From Sphaeroforma arctica JP610 (Eukaryota): a stretch of DNA of 64,000 nucleotides. The stretch is from the NCBI RefSeq assembly GCF_001186125.1, contig NW_014040531.1, positions 151,744 to 215,743 of the forward strand, written 5' to 3'. Position numbers and translations under genes: made by a program. How positions within the stretch are numbered: the stretch's first letter is position 1; each line of letters starts with the position of its first letter. Under the pieces are notes generated by a model. It searched no databases. It was not told the origin of the DNA and worked only from the letters and a program-made list of their open reading frames with translations. This document shows, piece after piece, positions 1-19,567 of the stretch.

Positions 1-10
1 TTTTATAAAA

Positions 11-51
<41 letters not shown>

Positions 52-156
52 ATATGTGTACTTATATATATATATATATATGTAAGCATGTATGTATATG
101 TATGTACATATATATATATATATATATATGTAAGCATGTATGCATATGTATGTACG

Positions 157-193
<37 letters not shown>

Positions 194-457
194 CAGATGA
201 AGGGGGTAGGTGTTTGCGTGAGGTGTTGTGCTAATTTATCTATAAACACCCTTAGTATGTCATAATAGTTCACTTCTTCAAATAAAATTCAACATAAAAT
301 GCAATTAGCGGCTCAAAAAATACACAGTAGACGTTCCCATATACAGTGGATGCGAAATAGCTGTCACCCAAGAACACGCTAACTGCACGATTACGATCCA
401 CCTGATAGCACATGTACAATTTACACTACAATACAGCACGTCGTCATCACCACTTAC

Positions 458-2332
458 GTTAACCGCACTGGTCAGTGTGCTGTCCTTCTTGTTATGTTTC
501 ACGCCCGCTTCTCGGCCCCCATCCTGCTGGACTATTCTATCCTGGCTAGGTCTCTTCACACTCTGCACCGTACCTGTGCCATCGGCACTCAACCTCTCCG
601 AATCATTGATCCGTATCTGAGTCGACGAATTGGACTTCTGGCCATGTCGAGGACTACTGAACTGTTGTTGCCGTGGGGTCAGAGCCTGAGTGGTTCGGTG
701 CTGTGTTTCTATAGCATTATGCTGCTTCAGATTCTGGTGGTTTGCCTGCTGTTGATGTTGCTGTTGTGGAGGCCCCTGTCCAATGTATCCAGAATGGACT
801 TGGCCCTGTGATGCATGCGCGTTCATCGTCTGAGGCATCAATGTGTTTTGAGAGGGAAAATGAGACTGTATCTGCACTTGTTGGTCCGGTATCTGGCCCA
901 TATTGCAACCCAAATTTGGGCTATGTAGCGGACTGGGCTGCGGTGAGTTCTGCGATTGGGAACGCCCCACCTGGCCCGCACCCACGCCCAAATTACCGGG
1001 GTTGGGCTGCAACAGCTGATGTGAGTTACCCGCATACTGGCCATGGTTTTGATTCAAGTGAGAGGTTTGCATCGCCTGTTGCTGTTGTTGTTGTTGTTGT
1101 TGTTGTTGTTGCAAGTCCTGTTGTTGCTGTTGCTGTTGTCGCTGCATTTGTTGCAGCAGCTGCTGTTGGCGCTGCAGCTGCAGCAGCTGTTGTTCTTGTT
1201 GGCGGTGATTTGTCGACGAGTGCTCGAAAAGTTGCTGTTGTTCGTAATGCGCTCGCATCAGCTCAGCCTGTCTCGCCTCGTAGTCTTTGATCGAGGGATG
1301 GACAGAATACTTATCCTCTATCTTCTTCGCTTCATACGGACGTGTTTGTGTCTGTCGCTGACGTGGTTGCTGCGTACCCGAGGTTTGCTTATTCAGAGCG
1401 TGCTTCAATATGGGTTGCGGTGATGATGTCTGTGATCTCGGCAGGCTCCTTTGTTGCTGGTGCGTTGGTTGCATATGCTGGAATTGACTTTCTGCCGTCT
1501 TCCCCTCTGAACTTTCGCTCCTGACTCGAATTTGGCAGGCACCATTCGAACCCGTATTCCGCGTTTCTTTATTCCGCGATCCATTCTTCTCATGACTCTG
1601 TCGCCCATAGCTTCCTGGAACTCCCTTACTCACAGACCTTTCTCTATCCATATCCCCAGAGATATTCCGATCACTGTTTCCTCTGAATTCTCTACTGCCA
1701 CTATTCACAGATGAAGGCGAATACTTCATACTTTTGTTTTTACCTGATTGAGGTCCTGGCTGTGGATTCGAGCCCGTTGCAGGCGATGGGTGTGATGTAG
1801 GGATACTTATAGTATGATCTAGCGCGGGCGACACGTTCCCCGAGTCTGTATGCTGTGACATATAGCTCGTACTCCGTTGTTTGGTAATACTACCCTGTCT
1901 CGATGTTGGCTGACTGTCCTGTGACTGCTGTTGTGGCGCATTCTGGTGGACATGTGGCAGCTGCTGCTGCTGCAGTGGTACGGGTTGCGGAGCCTGTGTA
2001 CGCAGTTGATCGCCCATCGGAATGTGCATACTGAGGTTCTGCTGAGCCCGGTCGTATTCCTGCTGTTCTAATTGTTGTTGTTGCTGTTGTTGCTGCTGTT
2101 GTTGTTGGTGTTGTTGTAAGTGTAACTTTTTTAAATTGGGATAGCTCCGTGATTGTACACCCTTATACTCCAGTACCGCTCCTGGTTGCAGCTGTTGTGG
2201 TTGCAGCTGTTGTGGTTGCAGCTGTTGTGGTTGCAGCTGTTGTGGTTGCAGCTGCTGCTGAGGTGGCAGCCGTTGCTGTATCGAAGTATACTCCATCTGA
2301 TGCTCCATCTGATGCTGCAGCTGTTGCTGCAG

Positions 2333-2366
<34 letters not shown>

Positions 2367-3007
2367 ATAAGCTGTTGCTGCAGGTCATGCTGTTGCTGTG
2401 CCATCTGACTCTGTTGCTGTTGTTGCTGATGATGTGGATTTGATCGTTGTGTATGACTGTACAATCCCGTATGAGAATTCTGGCGCGAGAACTGTGTCTG
2501 TGATTGTGAGTGTTGTGCTTCTGGTTGTATACTCATTTGTGTCTGCAATGATTTCTGTTGCATCTGTTGTCGCTGTTGTTGGTGTTGTATTTGCTGCATA
2601 TGCTGCATCTGCTGCTGTTGCCGCTGTTGCTGTTGTTGTTGCTGTTGCTGCTGTAGTACTTCATGTGGTCGATACATATCTGTTTGATTGCTGCCCTTTT
2701 CCATCTGATCTCGCATATTGGTTACCGCTGGCATCCCGTAGCCCAACGGGTTCTGCACCATGTCGCTCTGTTCCACCCGCAGATTTACACTGTCATTTAA
2801 ATGTGCAATACTGACCACATTCTGGCCTCCCAATTGCGCCTGTGTCTCGTACGGCTGCTGCACTGCACCGTAGTTTTGAATACTCATACCACCATTGGCG
2901 TTCGCGGTATTGTCCACCTGTTCATGATGGTTACTGTGTGTAATACCATTGGCGCCTTGGCCACCATTTTGCCAGCCGCTACTTGTTTGCCTTTGGTACT
3001 CAGCCAT
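458..3007 (-). CDS. First coding exon (~850 aa) of a Gln-rich, largely disordered protein; the gene probably continues beyond the left edge of the window
   Basis: 900-codon ORF (305-3007) with several polyQ tracts and (QQLQP)x5. A strong donor AAC|GTAAGT at 458/457 coincides with the switch from low-complexity protein to intron-like translation. Confidence 0.8.
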
Positions 3008-4337
3008 GATCGTCTACCCACGCAGGAAGGGTTACTGCTGGTAAGATAAAGCTCGGATATAAAGACGTTTATGTGGAACATTCCACACCCTCTAATACTC
3101 TTATGTAGTTCTGCCGTGGCATCTAATTATGCGTCAAATCCAGCCGCACATACCATTACTATGGATGTTGCACACAGCCTTCACGTCTGCTCCACTGTCG
3201 CGTTCTTACAGTATGTAACCATACATTGTGTCAGTCAAAGTCAAAACATCCGAGTGAAACTCGATTCTCATTCTCTGATTATTCGCTTTTAGGACCACTC
3301 TCTGTGCTCTGTAGTCTGTACACTGTGCTGCTTGGCATAATATTTATTGTTGGAACAAATATTCAACAATAAAAATGTAGGACATCATTGATATTTATTT
3401 ATATTTATTTTATTTTTAGATGAACATTCGAAATTTTATTTTTTTGGTTTGGGTTTTTTTGTAAAACAATTTTTTTGCCTGCCCAAATTGGTATTTAATT
3501 TCTGGTGTCAATGTTTTGCTTTTTGCTTTGATGCTTTATTTTCTTTTTGGGTTACGCAGGGTTATGACTTATTTTTAGTGAAGCCGTATGTTCTATTTTG
3601 GGACACTTATGCTACAGAATTTATTTAAACACGCACAAAATACCATGACCTCCTATAAATACATAAAATTTGTATACTTCACGCGCACGCCGCCAACCTT
3701 CAGATGGTAGAGAAGTTTGATAATATTTTAATAGTGTTCGCGGAAGGTCCAGCGATTATATATATTATAATACGTGCACATAGACATCAGACACGGATGC
3801 CCTATACAGCTCTTAGCTGTATCAATACCCTGATTACTTAAGGACAAATAACCCGTCGCCGACATACAGTACGTCTGTTGAACTCAGGAGATTAGCAAAA
3901 CCTAGACCGCGCTATGAATAGTATCCTCGGAAATGACAAATCATTTTTTTAACCTCTAGGTAGAGTGAAGGCGGTCAATAATTATGAATCAGATTATAGC
4001 GATGTTGCCCTCAACACATTTGCTGTCTAGGGTGATTGAGTTGAAACTCATCCCGGACTTGTAGCCAACTGGACCATACTCCAGTCATATTACGAGTAAA
4101 CGCGACACATGCTAAACAAGACTTGGTATGCTTTGGTGTACAAAAGATAGTCGCGCAATCCGTGTGTGCTAGAGTCACCATCGAGAGAGTGGTTTGAGAA
4201 TTTCAAAGAATTGTCGCTATTACTATCAAATAGAAAGTAAGGAAACCCGTTATTGCCATAGATAATATTGTAGCGCGCATCTTTTTACGAGTGTGCACCG
4301 ACTGAGTATGTCAACTATTTTACGATTCCTTGAACCT

Positions 4338-5465
4338 TTATTTCCTAGCTGACGTTATTTCTGCAAGCAAAGAATCGATCCTATGAACATGCAAGTTGGC
4401 TTTGAGCCGTCTGCGTTGCTGTGCTTTGGTAATTGGAGCAGGTTCGCCATTTTCTGGAGTAGGAATAAATTGGTGTATGAAATAGTTGCTTAGATTCGAT
4501 ACTACATGCAATTGAAGAGGAAGACAAGGGAAAATGAAACGAATTGAAACAACGGGATTATTTAGTTCACCGAAAGAAGGTTCATCAGGAACAGTACTTA
4601 CCGACATAGGACCAGTCTGGTGAATCGGTCAAGGGCCCGTAATCATTTCCACTGCGACCTTGTCCACGACTATAAGCAAAAAAATGGGAATCAACTTTTA
4701 AGTAACAACAGAGAAGCATGAAACTAACCGCGCGATCAAATGAACAAGATACACACCTGCATTTGAGTTAATTTTAGGGTTTAAAAATCGTAAGAGCGTT
4801 TTACATAGTGCACGAACGCAAATTTAGTTCATACGATTATATATATATGTGTGTGTATTTATATATATATATGTATGTGTGTATGTATGTAATATACGTA
4901 TGTATGTATAAATATATATATATATGTGTGTGTGTGTATGTGTGTGTGTGTATGTATATGTGTATGTATATGTATATAAATATATATATAAATATATATA
5001 TTAATTTATATATGTATGTATATATATATATATGTGTGTGTATATATGTATGTATATATGTATGTATATGTGTACNNNNNNNNNNNNNNNNNNNNGTGTG
5101 TGTGTGTGTGTTTATGCACCACCTGCTTGTGTCGCATACACTCCTAGGATTTTGAAATTTGTAATTCAATACACTATCCAAGTGGAAGAATTGAAGATGC
5201 GCAGAAAATATGCAGCGGTCGGGTTACATACAGAACACGGTGTATATGATGTCGGATGGAAAAATGAAAAACGTCTAATGAACTTTTTCATTGCGATCGC
5301 ATTTATCTGAAGCTTCCATCAGGCTGTTCCTGTAAGTTGTTCATGTTACCTTAATCTGGTTTTCTGTCCCGCCATCGACATTGTTGACGTCTGGAATCCG
5401 CGCGTGATGCTTGTCGCAGCTCGATGATTTGACACGCTTGCTAACAATTTACGTAGGTGCATCAT
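4338..5465 (-). CDS. MRPL52: Mitochondrial large-subunit ribosomal protein mL52-like, 3 exons (5465-5350, 4669-4602, 4453-4338), 99 aa
   Basis: Manual splicing with GT-AG sites and matching phases gives [99 protein letters not shown]. It contains the mL52 signature YGPLT-x-x-PDWSY-x-x-G-x-PAP and an Arg/Ser-rich, acid-free presequence. Confidence 0.85.
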
Positions 5466-6728
5466 AATTTGCTCAAGTCTTTGTCTAGGCGCGCCAAGTG
5501 TCGGAGATGATATAGATGGTCTATATAGTATAATAGAACTGTACAATTTTAGACTGAGCTGAACTTCATCTACGTCGCATTTATTTTATTTATTTTAGAG
5601 AATATAAATACATCCACATTTTATTTGTACCCTCTCTGACTCTCTCTCGCTGAGAGAGACCGCCTGGGGAGGGGTTCTGGCTGGTGGGGTACACCTGGCG
5701 GCTGGCACCTGGACTCATTGGTGATTGGTGACTCGGTTGTATTTATTTATTGTTATTTATTTTTAGACCGCGTACACAAACATATTTAAATATAGTCAGA
5801 CATAGCCTACTTTTTTTTAACAAGACAAATAAAAAACAAAGTAGATTAGCGTACAACCGTACTCAGCTGTGAGCTGTCCGTACATAGAAAGCCTTCTCAA
5901 ATTTGAAATTGACCAAATATTTATGTCTAATGACTCCCGCCAGACTCCCACAGAGGTGAGAGAGCCTGCCCCAAAAATGGGGCCTTTGATGCCAAAAATT
6001 CAGACCGGGTCACCGGGGGCCAAATTTTATTTTTATTTTTTGTGTTTATATTTATAAATATGGGGTGATGAGTTGGAGAACACCAAATAACCCGTCATCA
6101 TCGATTCATTTGACATCCGCATGAACTCGTCTTGAGAGTCGTATACAATAAGCGGCTTTTATTTACGTGTATGTGTACATATGCAAAATATACGCATCAT
6201 CTATATTAGGATTGATGATTGAGGACTGGTGGTGTCTAATATCATCCACAACGTCAACGATTCCTTGAAGAAGTACGCTTGGAGTATCTATTGGAATTGC
6301 ACTGGGTTGCTTCGCCCAATAAAACAGATAGCTATATCAGCACAATGCAGGTAATATCCCCTGTCGGTTCTTATAGAAAGCGTGTTCGTTCGGTGGCTCC
6401 TATGTGTAATAAATACTGAAGTATCACATGCGCTATCATCGTATGTATCTATAGCAATGCTTAAATTTATGTACGTCCCTGTCCGGCGTGATATCAATAT
6501 GCTGGATGGTAGGAACTACATCTATGCCTGCACCTTGCGGTACGCTATCCGTGTGCGTGATATACTAAAGCATGATATCAGTAAGAACTTGGCCGTTCTA
6601 TATCAGCCAGTCTATTCCTATTTATTGATATAATGTACTTCCTCGTGCAACATACATATTCGAGCGTATTGTATTGTCGAAAACCTCCATATTAGCAAGT
6701 ATGGAAGTGCCTCACTTGCGATATACAT

Positions 6729-6787
<59 letters not shown>

Positions 6788-7413
6788 TGTGTGTGTGNNN
6801 NNNNNNNNNNNNNNNNNNNNNNNNNNNNNNNNNNNNNNNNNNNNNNNNNNNNNNNNNNNNNNNNNNNNNNNNNNNNNNNNNNNNNNNNNNNNNNNNNNNN
6901 NNNNNNNNNNNNNNNNNNNNNNNNNNNNNNNNNNNNNNNNNNNNNNNNNNNNNNNNNNNNNNNNNNNNNNNNNNNNNNNNNNNNNNNNNNNNNNNNNNNN
7001 NNNNNNNNNNNNNNNNNNNNNNNNNNNNNNNNNNNNNNNNNNNNNNNNNNNNNNNNNNNNNNNNNNNNNNNNNNNNNNNNNNNNNNNNNNNNNNNNNNNN
7101 NNNNNNNNNNNNNNNNNNNNNNNNNNNNNNNNNNNNNNNNNNNNNNNNNNNNNNNNNNNNNNNNNNNNNNNNNNNNNNNNNNNNNNNNNNNNNNNNNNNN
7201 NNNNNNNNNNNNNNNNNNNNNNNNNNNNNNNNNNNNNNNNNNNNNNNNNNNNNNNGTATATGATATATGTGTGTGCGCGTGTGTGTGCGTGTATGTGGGT
7301 ATGTATAAATACAATTTTATTTGCTGATATCTATTCATTTCTACATTTGTACATGTATTCACATGTACGTATTTATATACGTACATATATATACTATATA
7401 CATACATACATAA

Positions 7414-7447
<34 letters not shown>

Positions 7448-7829
7448 CTATATATGTATATATGTATATATATATATATATCTGTATACATATATGTATA
7501 TATAGATATATATATATTTATATATATATGTAGTTATGTTAAGTATGTTATTATATATATATATGTGTGTGTGTGTCTGTATGTCTGTTTGTTGCTATGC
7601 TTTTACAGAAGAGAAGTTTTGAATCTCCCATGTGCTTCGTGGTTCTTGTTCTTATCTTCCAATATTTGGGTGTCCAAACTTTGCAAATATCTGTTTCTGT
7701 ATCGTCAATTCCCTTGTAGCAGTCTTATTTTCTCAATCGCACATCAGAGCTGTCACCATCTGATGCTTGTGCATTATTAATTTTTCACCGGATTTTCACG
7801 AATGCAATGTTATACAACTATTATAGAGC

Positions 7830-14171
<6,342 letters not shown>

Positions 14172-17142
14172 TATAAGGATTATAATTAGATACTTGAGAG
14201 CCTCGGGCACGCTGTGATCGGATCGGGCCAATATATTGTACATAACTCCACTATAAACATAGAATATAGATTTTAAGTCGTTGTCTGTGGTTGTATCTGT
14301 GTCTGCTTCTGTAGCTGTAGCTGTGTCTGTATATCTGTTTGTTTGTTAGTTTGTATGTGTCTGTGCTTTTTCTGCGTGTGTGTACCCATTCAAAGTGCGA
14401 GTCATTCTGTGTACAAAGAAGTGCCAGTGAATTGCAAGTAACATCGATGCGTGTTCATTGCTATAGTTTTCACTTTTGGTCCATAATCGAGGATATTATA
14501 CCTCTATCTTAGAATTAATATTTTCCAATGCTGGAACTTTAATTCGTAAAGCGTGTTGCGTGCAACAAAAGTATCTAAATTAGGAAGAGATGTAGTCATC
14601 AAGTATCAGATTGATGTTTTCTTGTGTGATTAGTCTCACTTTGGAATATCATCGCTCGAATTACTTTTTTTTTGACAAATGTTGCTCGATTGACAGTATT
14701 CATGCTAGCTCTGAAATCCCGAATCCCAGCAGCTACTGAGAAGTTTCTGCATACACTCGGATAGTGTCGCAATGGATAAATAATTCAATATATTGATTGG
14801 CGTTTCAGATAGTAGAAGCGCTTTTTGCCTCCTCGTTTCCTCTCGTTTTAGTGTTCTCGGTCATTTTCTAATGTGTACCACGAGATCGTCCGAAGGAATT
14901 GGCACATGGAGATGTCTGATACCCTTGCGTAAAAAATTAAACGAGAAGCTTCATACAAACCTTATTCTCAGATCCTAAAACCCATTATAAACCAATCTAA
15001 ACATCACAGACCATTATAAACTTGTTTGTGTAGTAAAGGTCTTTTAGTTTGATACCGTTTAGTTATAAGGTTATTGGCTCCATACCTGTGCAGTGAAAGG
15101 GTTATTGTAGTTTTATACTGGGTCACACTATAAGCACAAAGATCCTTAAATGTAACTCTAGTATCCATTAAATTATCCGACTGACAACAGAATCTTAATT
15201 CTATTCCTAAATTTTATTATCGCCCTCCGTTCTATCACATGGCTTGGCTACATCACACCCGAATATCCTAAGAGCCCAGGGTCAATTGCTCGATGGTAGG
15301 TTTAGTGTGGAACACTCCTTATGTATAGTTACTTCCAGATACTGCCCAAGGTCTGTATTCTTTCTATAATCTCCTCAATGCCTGTGTCATGAACATTTTA
15401 GCATTGATCGATATGGAAGCGTGATTATAGCTTGCTGAGTGAACGCGATGGGAGGTTATACTGTCTACTCGAGTATCCACAACGAACAGGGTACATGGCA
15501 CTAAGATTTCGCATGGCAATAACTGGCTATCATATCCTTGCCGGCGCAGCCACCTGAGTGGCATGATGGCTGCACTGGGTGTGGCATCGGCCGAAATCAA
15601 CGGGCTCTAGTTCTGATGACGTTATTTTTCAATCACCAATCGTCGAACTCCTCATTGTCGCTATCATTGTCCATTAAGAAAGCGTAAGCCGGACTCTATT
15701 GAAATGTTACAAGGGAATGATTTGTCAGTGAAATTTTGCTACAATAGCTCCGCCACTCGCGCAGTCGTAAGGCTGATGGTGCCTCAGATGAAAACACGAA
15801 TAGTATACTATATAAATAAATCAGATCTGTTTTCACAATTCTAAACAAATTCAAAGCAAGATTGACCGTAGAACAAGAGTCGTGTACAAATATACTTCAC
15901 AATTCAACACTTTGCCTTTCACTATATTTGTATCGTGGTGGTAAAGTGTCGTACAGCTCACAAGCACTTGATCGGACACCACGACAATAATGGGTATGTA
16001 TAACTCGCACTTCAATCTGATTCAAATCTTGAGTCCTGCGCCACGCTCGATGTATGACGACGCATTGCGAATCCATAGAAACTACCTATTCATATTGAAA
16101 GACATTGATTTCTAAATCTGTAACAACGTTACGGTCGAACCGCAGCGATCATGGATTGAATATTTGCGCTAAATGTATACATAATATATCCTTAGTTTGT
16201 GTTCGCGTGATGGATGCAATGAAAAAAAAGAGACCCCGAAATAGCACCGGGAGTAGCATGCAATAATATCGACCTGCTATAAAACAAAGGACTCGAATGA
16301 ATAGGTATTTATAATCGGCCCAATAGCGGAAAATCATAGTCCAGACAAGACGAATATATTTGTATAGGTTTGGCTGTAGATACTCCATTCCAAATGCTTG
16401 GAGTTCACTCTCACGATATTTCTTCTGACTTTTCGAAAAGCGATGGCGGATAACCATACTTAGCAATCGACATGCGGTGTCATGAGTACGCCGTGATTTA
16501 TAAACCTCTGATTAACTACAACGAAACAATATACAATCACAAAAGGTCAACGAAAACTGAAGATACAAATCCACTGCATGGCTACACGATGTTCAAAAGG
16601 TTTTTTGTGGTTCTCACACTCACCTGTCCATTGTCAGCGGGAGTAACCCGCCTACTCATCTCCAAATCATAATTAGGTTCCCCTCGGAACCAATTCGGTT
16701 TCCTTCTGAAAACTATGTATGCACCAATCAGCACAAACGCAAACAGCCCTGTAACGCCTGTTACAATATATAGTTTGCTCTCCGAAGGTGCGGCTGTGCA
16801 AAGCGTGAAGGAAATAAGAGTGTCAGGACTAAAGCTAGACGTTGTGCGAGTGAATTATCCAACGCTGATTACAGTAAAGAGTGTGATGTCTAGAAGCTCT
16901 ATGATAAGCGAAGTATACACAGAGTCAGTTCTGTACGATTGTGTGAGACTAAATGCATTTCTATAAGATGCAGCGTTATCAATGACTCATACGATGTGCA
17001 ATCATCGGGTGACGAGCTCAGTTGCAATCACTTCTCGACTGCACAGCTGAATATGTAGCATTCGAGCGCATTCCACGTCAGACTAATTGCATATGACTTG
17101 AATGCAAAATTGAAATTTCAAAATGAGAACTTCAATATGTAT

Positions 17143-17265
<123 letters not shown>

Positions 17266-17443
17266 TAGTTATGTGTGTGTTTGTGTGTTTATATATATAT
17301 ATATATAGTTCATGTTCTATTGTTGTTCAGAAACCATTCTAGTCGCATAGATTAGTATGCTGCGTGTTTTTCAGGCGCTAATTCGTTGTTCCCTTTTGTG
17401 ATTGGAATCAAATTTTATTTCCTTTCGCTCCTACTCATTGACA

Positions 17444-19134
17444 GCTGGCAGATCTCAACGATCAGATGTCAAACGAAGCTCAAGTTTCGTCGTCGCCCAG
17501 TCCGACGGTCATACACACTCTGCAACGGCATAGAGACCTTCTGAACGATTATACGAGAGAATTTCGAAAAACAAAAGTATGTGAACGAACCTGTACGCTA
17601 GTTTAGGCAGGATTGTTTTTGGGCCCAGATGTTGGTCTCGGGTGATTTTAATGAGCTGAGTTTTGTTCGCAGAATGCCGGGGCTATATGTGTAATATCTA
17701 TCTCAATGTGTAAGGTTTCCCATTGATTATTCTTTATCATATCCCAAATACCAGGCAAATCTACAATCAGCAAGAGATCGTACAATGCTTCTCAGCGATG
17801 TGCAAACCGAAATAAGGTAATCCTAAGCGTAATTTTACATTTCGATCACAATTCCATATATATATGCCTTTTGATCTGCCAGTATTTATTTTGTGTGTTA
17901 GCAGATGTCTCATCCGGCAAGGCCGAATACAAGCATCAAAATCAGTTGTACGATTTGACAAGAATGAATTTTAGGCCATGCTACAACGTTTATACCAATC
18001 TCATAGAAACACGATTGGGTGACTCTATTTTCTCCTAGAGGCGAATGAAGACATACTGTACATGTCCCTTATGGCCCAATTAGAAACCTGTGGGCGCAGA
18101 AAAAAAGCGACCAGCACCAATACCCACAGCTCACATATTCATTCATTTATCTTAATTCTTCTGCTAGAGCGTACAAAGAAGGGTTTGGAAGTGGGGCAGA
18201 CTACTACGCATCTGAGCAAGCTCGTTTGAATACAGCGCACAGTGCGGTGGATGATGCGATAGGGTAAGTCATACTGGTGGCGTTGCACTGAAAATGTGTA
18301 GAAAAAGAATTTGCTCTCGAGTGTTGATCACAAATCGCTTTTCTCGCTACTCTGGATCACAATTCTGGTTGGCAAGGGTAGACCATAGGCATACCTTATC
18401 GCCGAAAAGCCGTACTCTATGTTCGTTGCAGGTTTATTGTGCGCATATAAAATTACCACTCAACGCTCACTTACGACTTTAATCAATCTGAACACAATTG
18501 TCCGTATCTGTAATAGAATTGCGATTGCCACAAGAGAAGACTTGCACACGCAACGACGAACATTCCAAAGCACCTCACAGAGGTTACAAGGCATTGCAGG
18601 TACTTTGTGTAGAATTGTATAGTGAGTTATTCTGGCGTGCATGAATCTGGTGTCATCAAATACTCTATCTATCCACCAATGTTGATACGATATCTGATAC
18701 ATCTCACCGCTCATGTTGACTAATTTATGTTGCATATCGTCTGTGGCTGAGTGTGGTGATAAGTTTCAGTTCCCACTTTTGCATTGTGGTGTAGGTAAAT
18801 GTTTTAGGGTTTTTAGGATGATTTCGTAGCCGGATCATCAGCACCTTGAGCTTCATCATCACAGTTTCTATTGATCTGTTTAGAATGTACCTAGTTTTGT
18901 GCACTTTCACGCCTGGAAGTAATTGGTAACCATAACGACCAATTATAAGGCCTAGATGTGCGGTAATGATCCTCAGACCCTCGTCACATGCTTCTACGAT
19001 GATACACAGAAACCATCCCTGGCCTGAATGTACTCATGAAGAAGATAGACGTGCGAAAGAGGCGAGACCAGCTTATAATTGCCGGTGTTATAGCGGTGTG
19101 CCTCTTCATTTCGATAGTCTACACGTTTGGATGA
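17444..19134 (+). CDS. GOSR1: Golgi SNARE Gos1/GOSR1-like; five 3' exons visible, 5' exon(s) not located
   Basis: Exons approx 17444-17577 (LADLNDQMS...HTLQRHRDLLNDYTREFRKTK), 17755-17816, 18169-18263, 18517-18599 (IATREDLHTQRRTF) and 19010-19134 (PGLNVLMKKIDVRKRRDQLIIAGVIAVCLFISIVYTFG*). LQRHR..L.DY..EF and KRRD plus a C-terminal TM are Gos1 hallmarks. Confidence 0.88.
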
Positions 19135-19212
19135 TCGGCTCTCCGGTGGCGTAAGTGATCCTGTTTTTGAGCACAGGAAGAAGAAAAACACAAGAAACTC
19201 AATATTAAGTAA

Positions 19213-19567
19213 AAGTATTTGCCAGCAGATTCACGTGGTACAACGTATCTGCCAATAGATTCATGTGGTACTAAGAGAATTTGCTAACAGATTTATGTGA
19301 TACAAAGTATTTGCTAACAGATTTATGTGGTACAAAGTATTGCCAATAGATTCACGTGTACAAAGTATTTGCCAACGGATTCATGTGGTACAAAAAAATT
19401 GCCAACAGATTCACGTGTACAAAAGTATTTGCTAACAGATTTATGTGGTACAATTTGCCAACAGATTCATGTGGTACGAAGTATTTGCCAACAGATTTAT
19501 GTGGTACGAAGTATTTGCTTACAGATTCATGTGGTACAAAGTATTTGCCAACAGATTCATGTGGTAC
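19213..19567. repeat. ~30-bp minisatellite, about 12 copies, just downstream of the GOSR1 stop codon
   Basis: Consensus AAGTATTTGCCAACAGATTCATGTGGTACA. Confidence 0.92.

Noticed and set aside
494..3049. Plus-strand poly-Leu/Val/Ala ORFs
   Set aside because: They are antisense shadows of the CAG/CAA-rich coding exon.
19213..19567. ~30-bp repeats that superficially resemble a CRISPR array
   Set aside because: The units are head-to-tail with no unique spacers, there are no cas genes, and the context is eukaryotic. It is a minisatellite.
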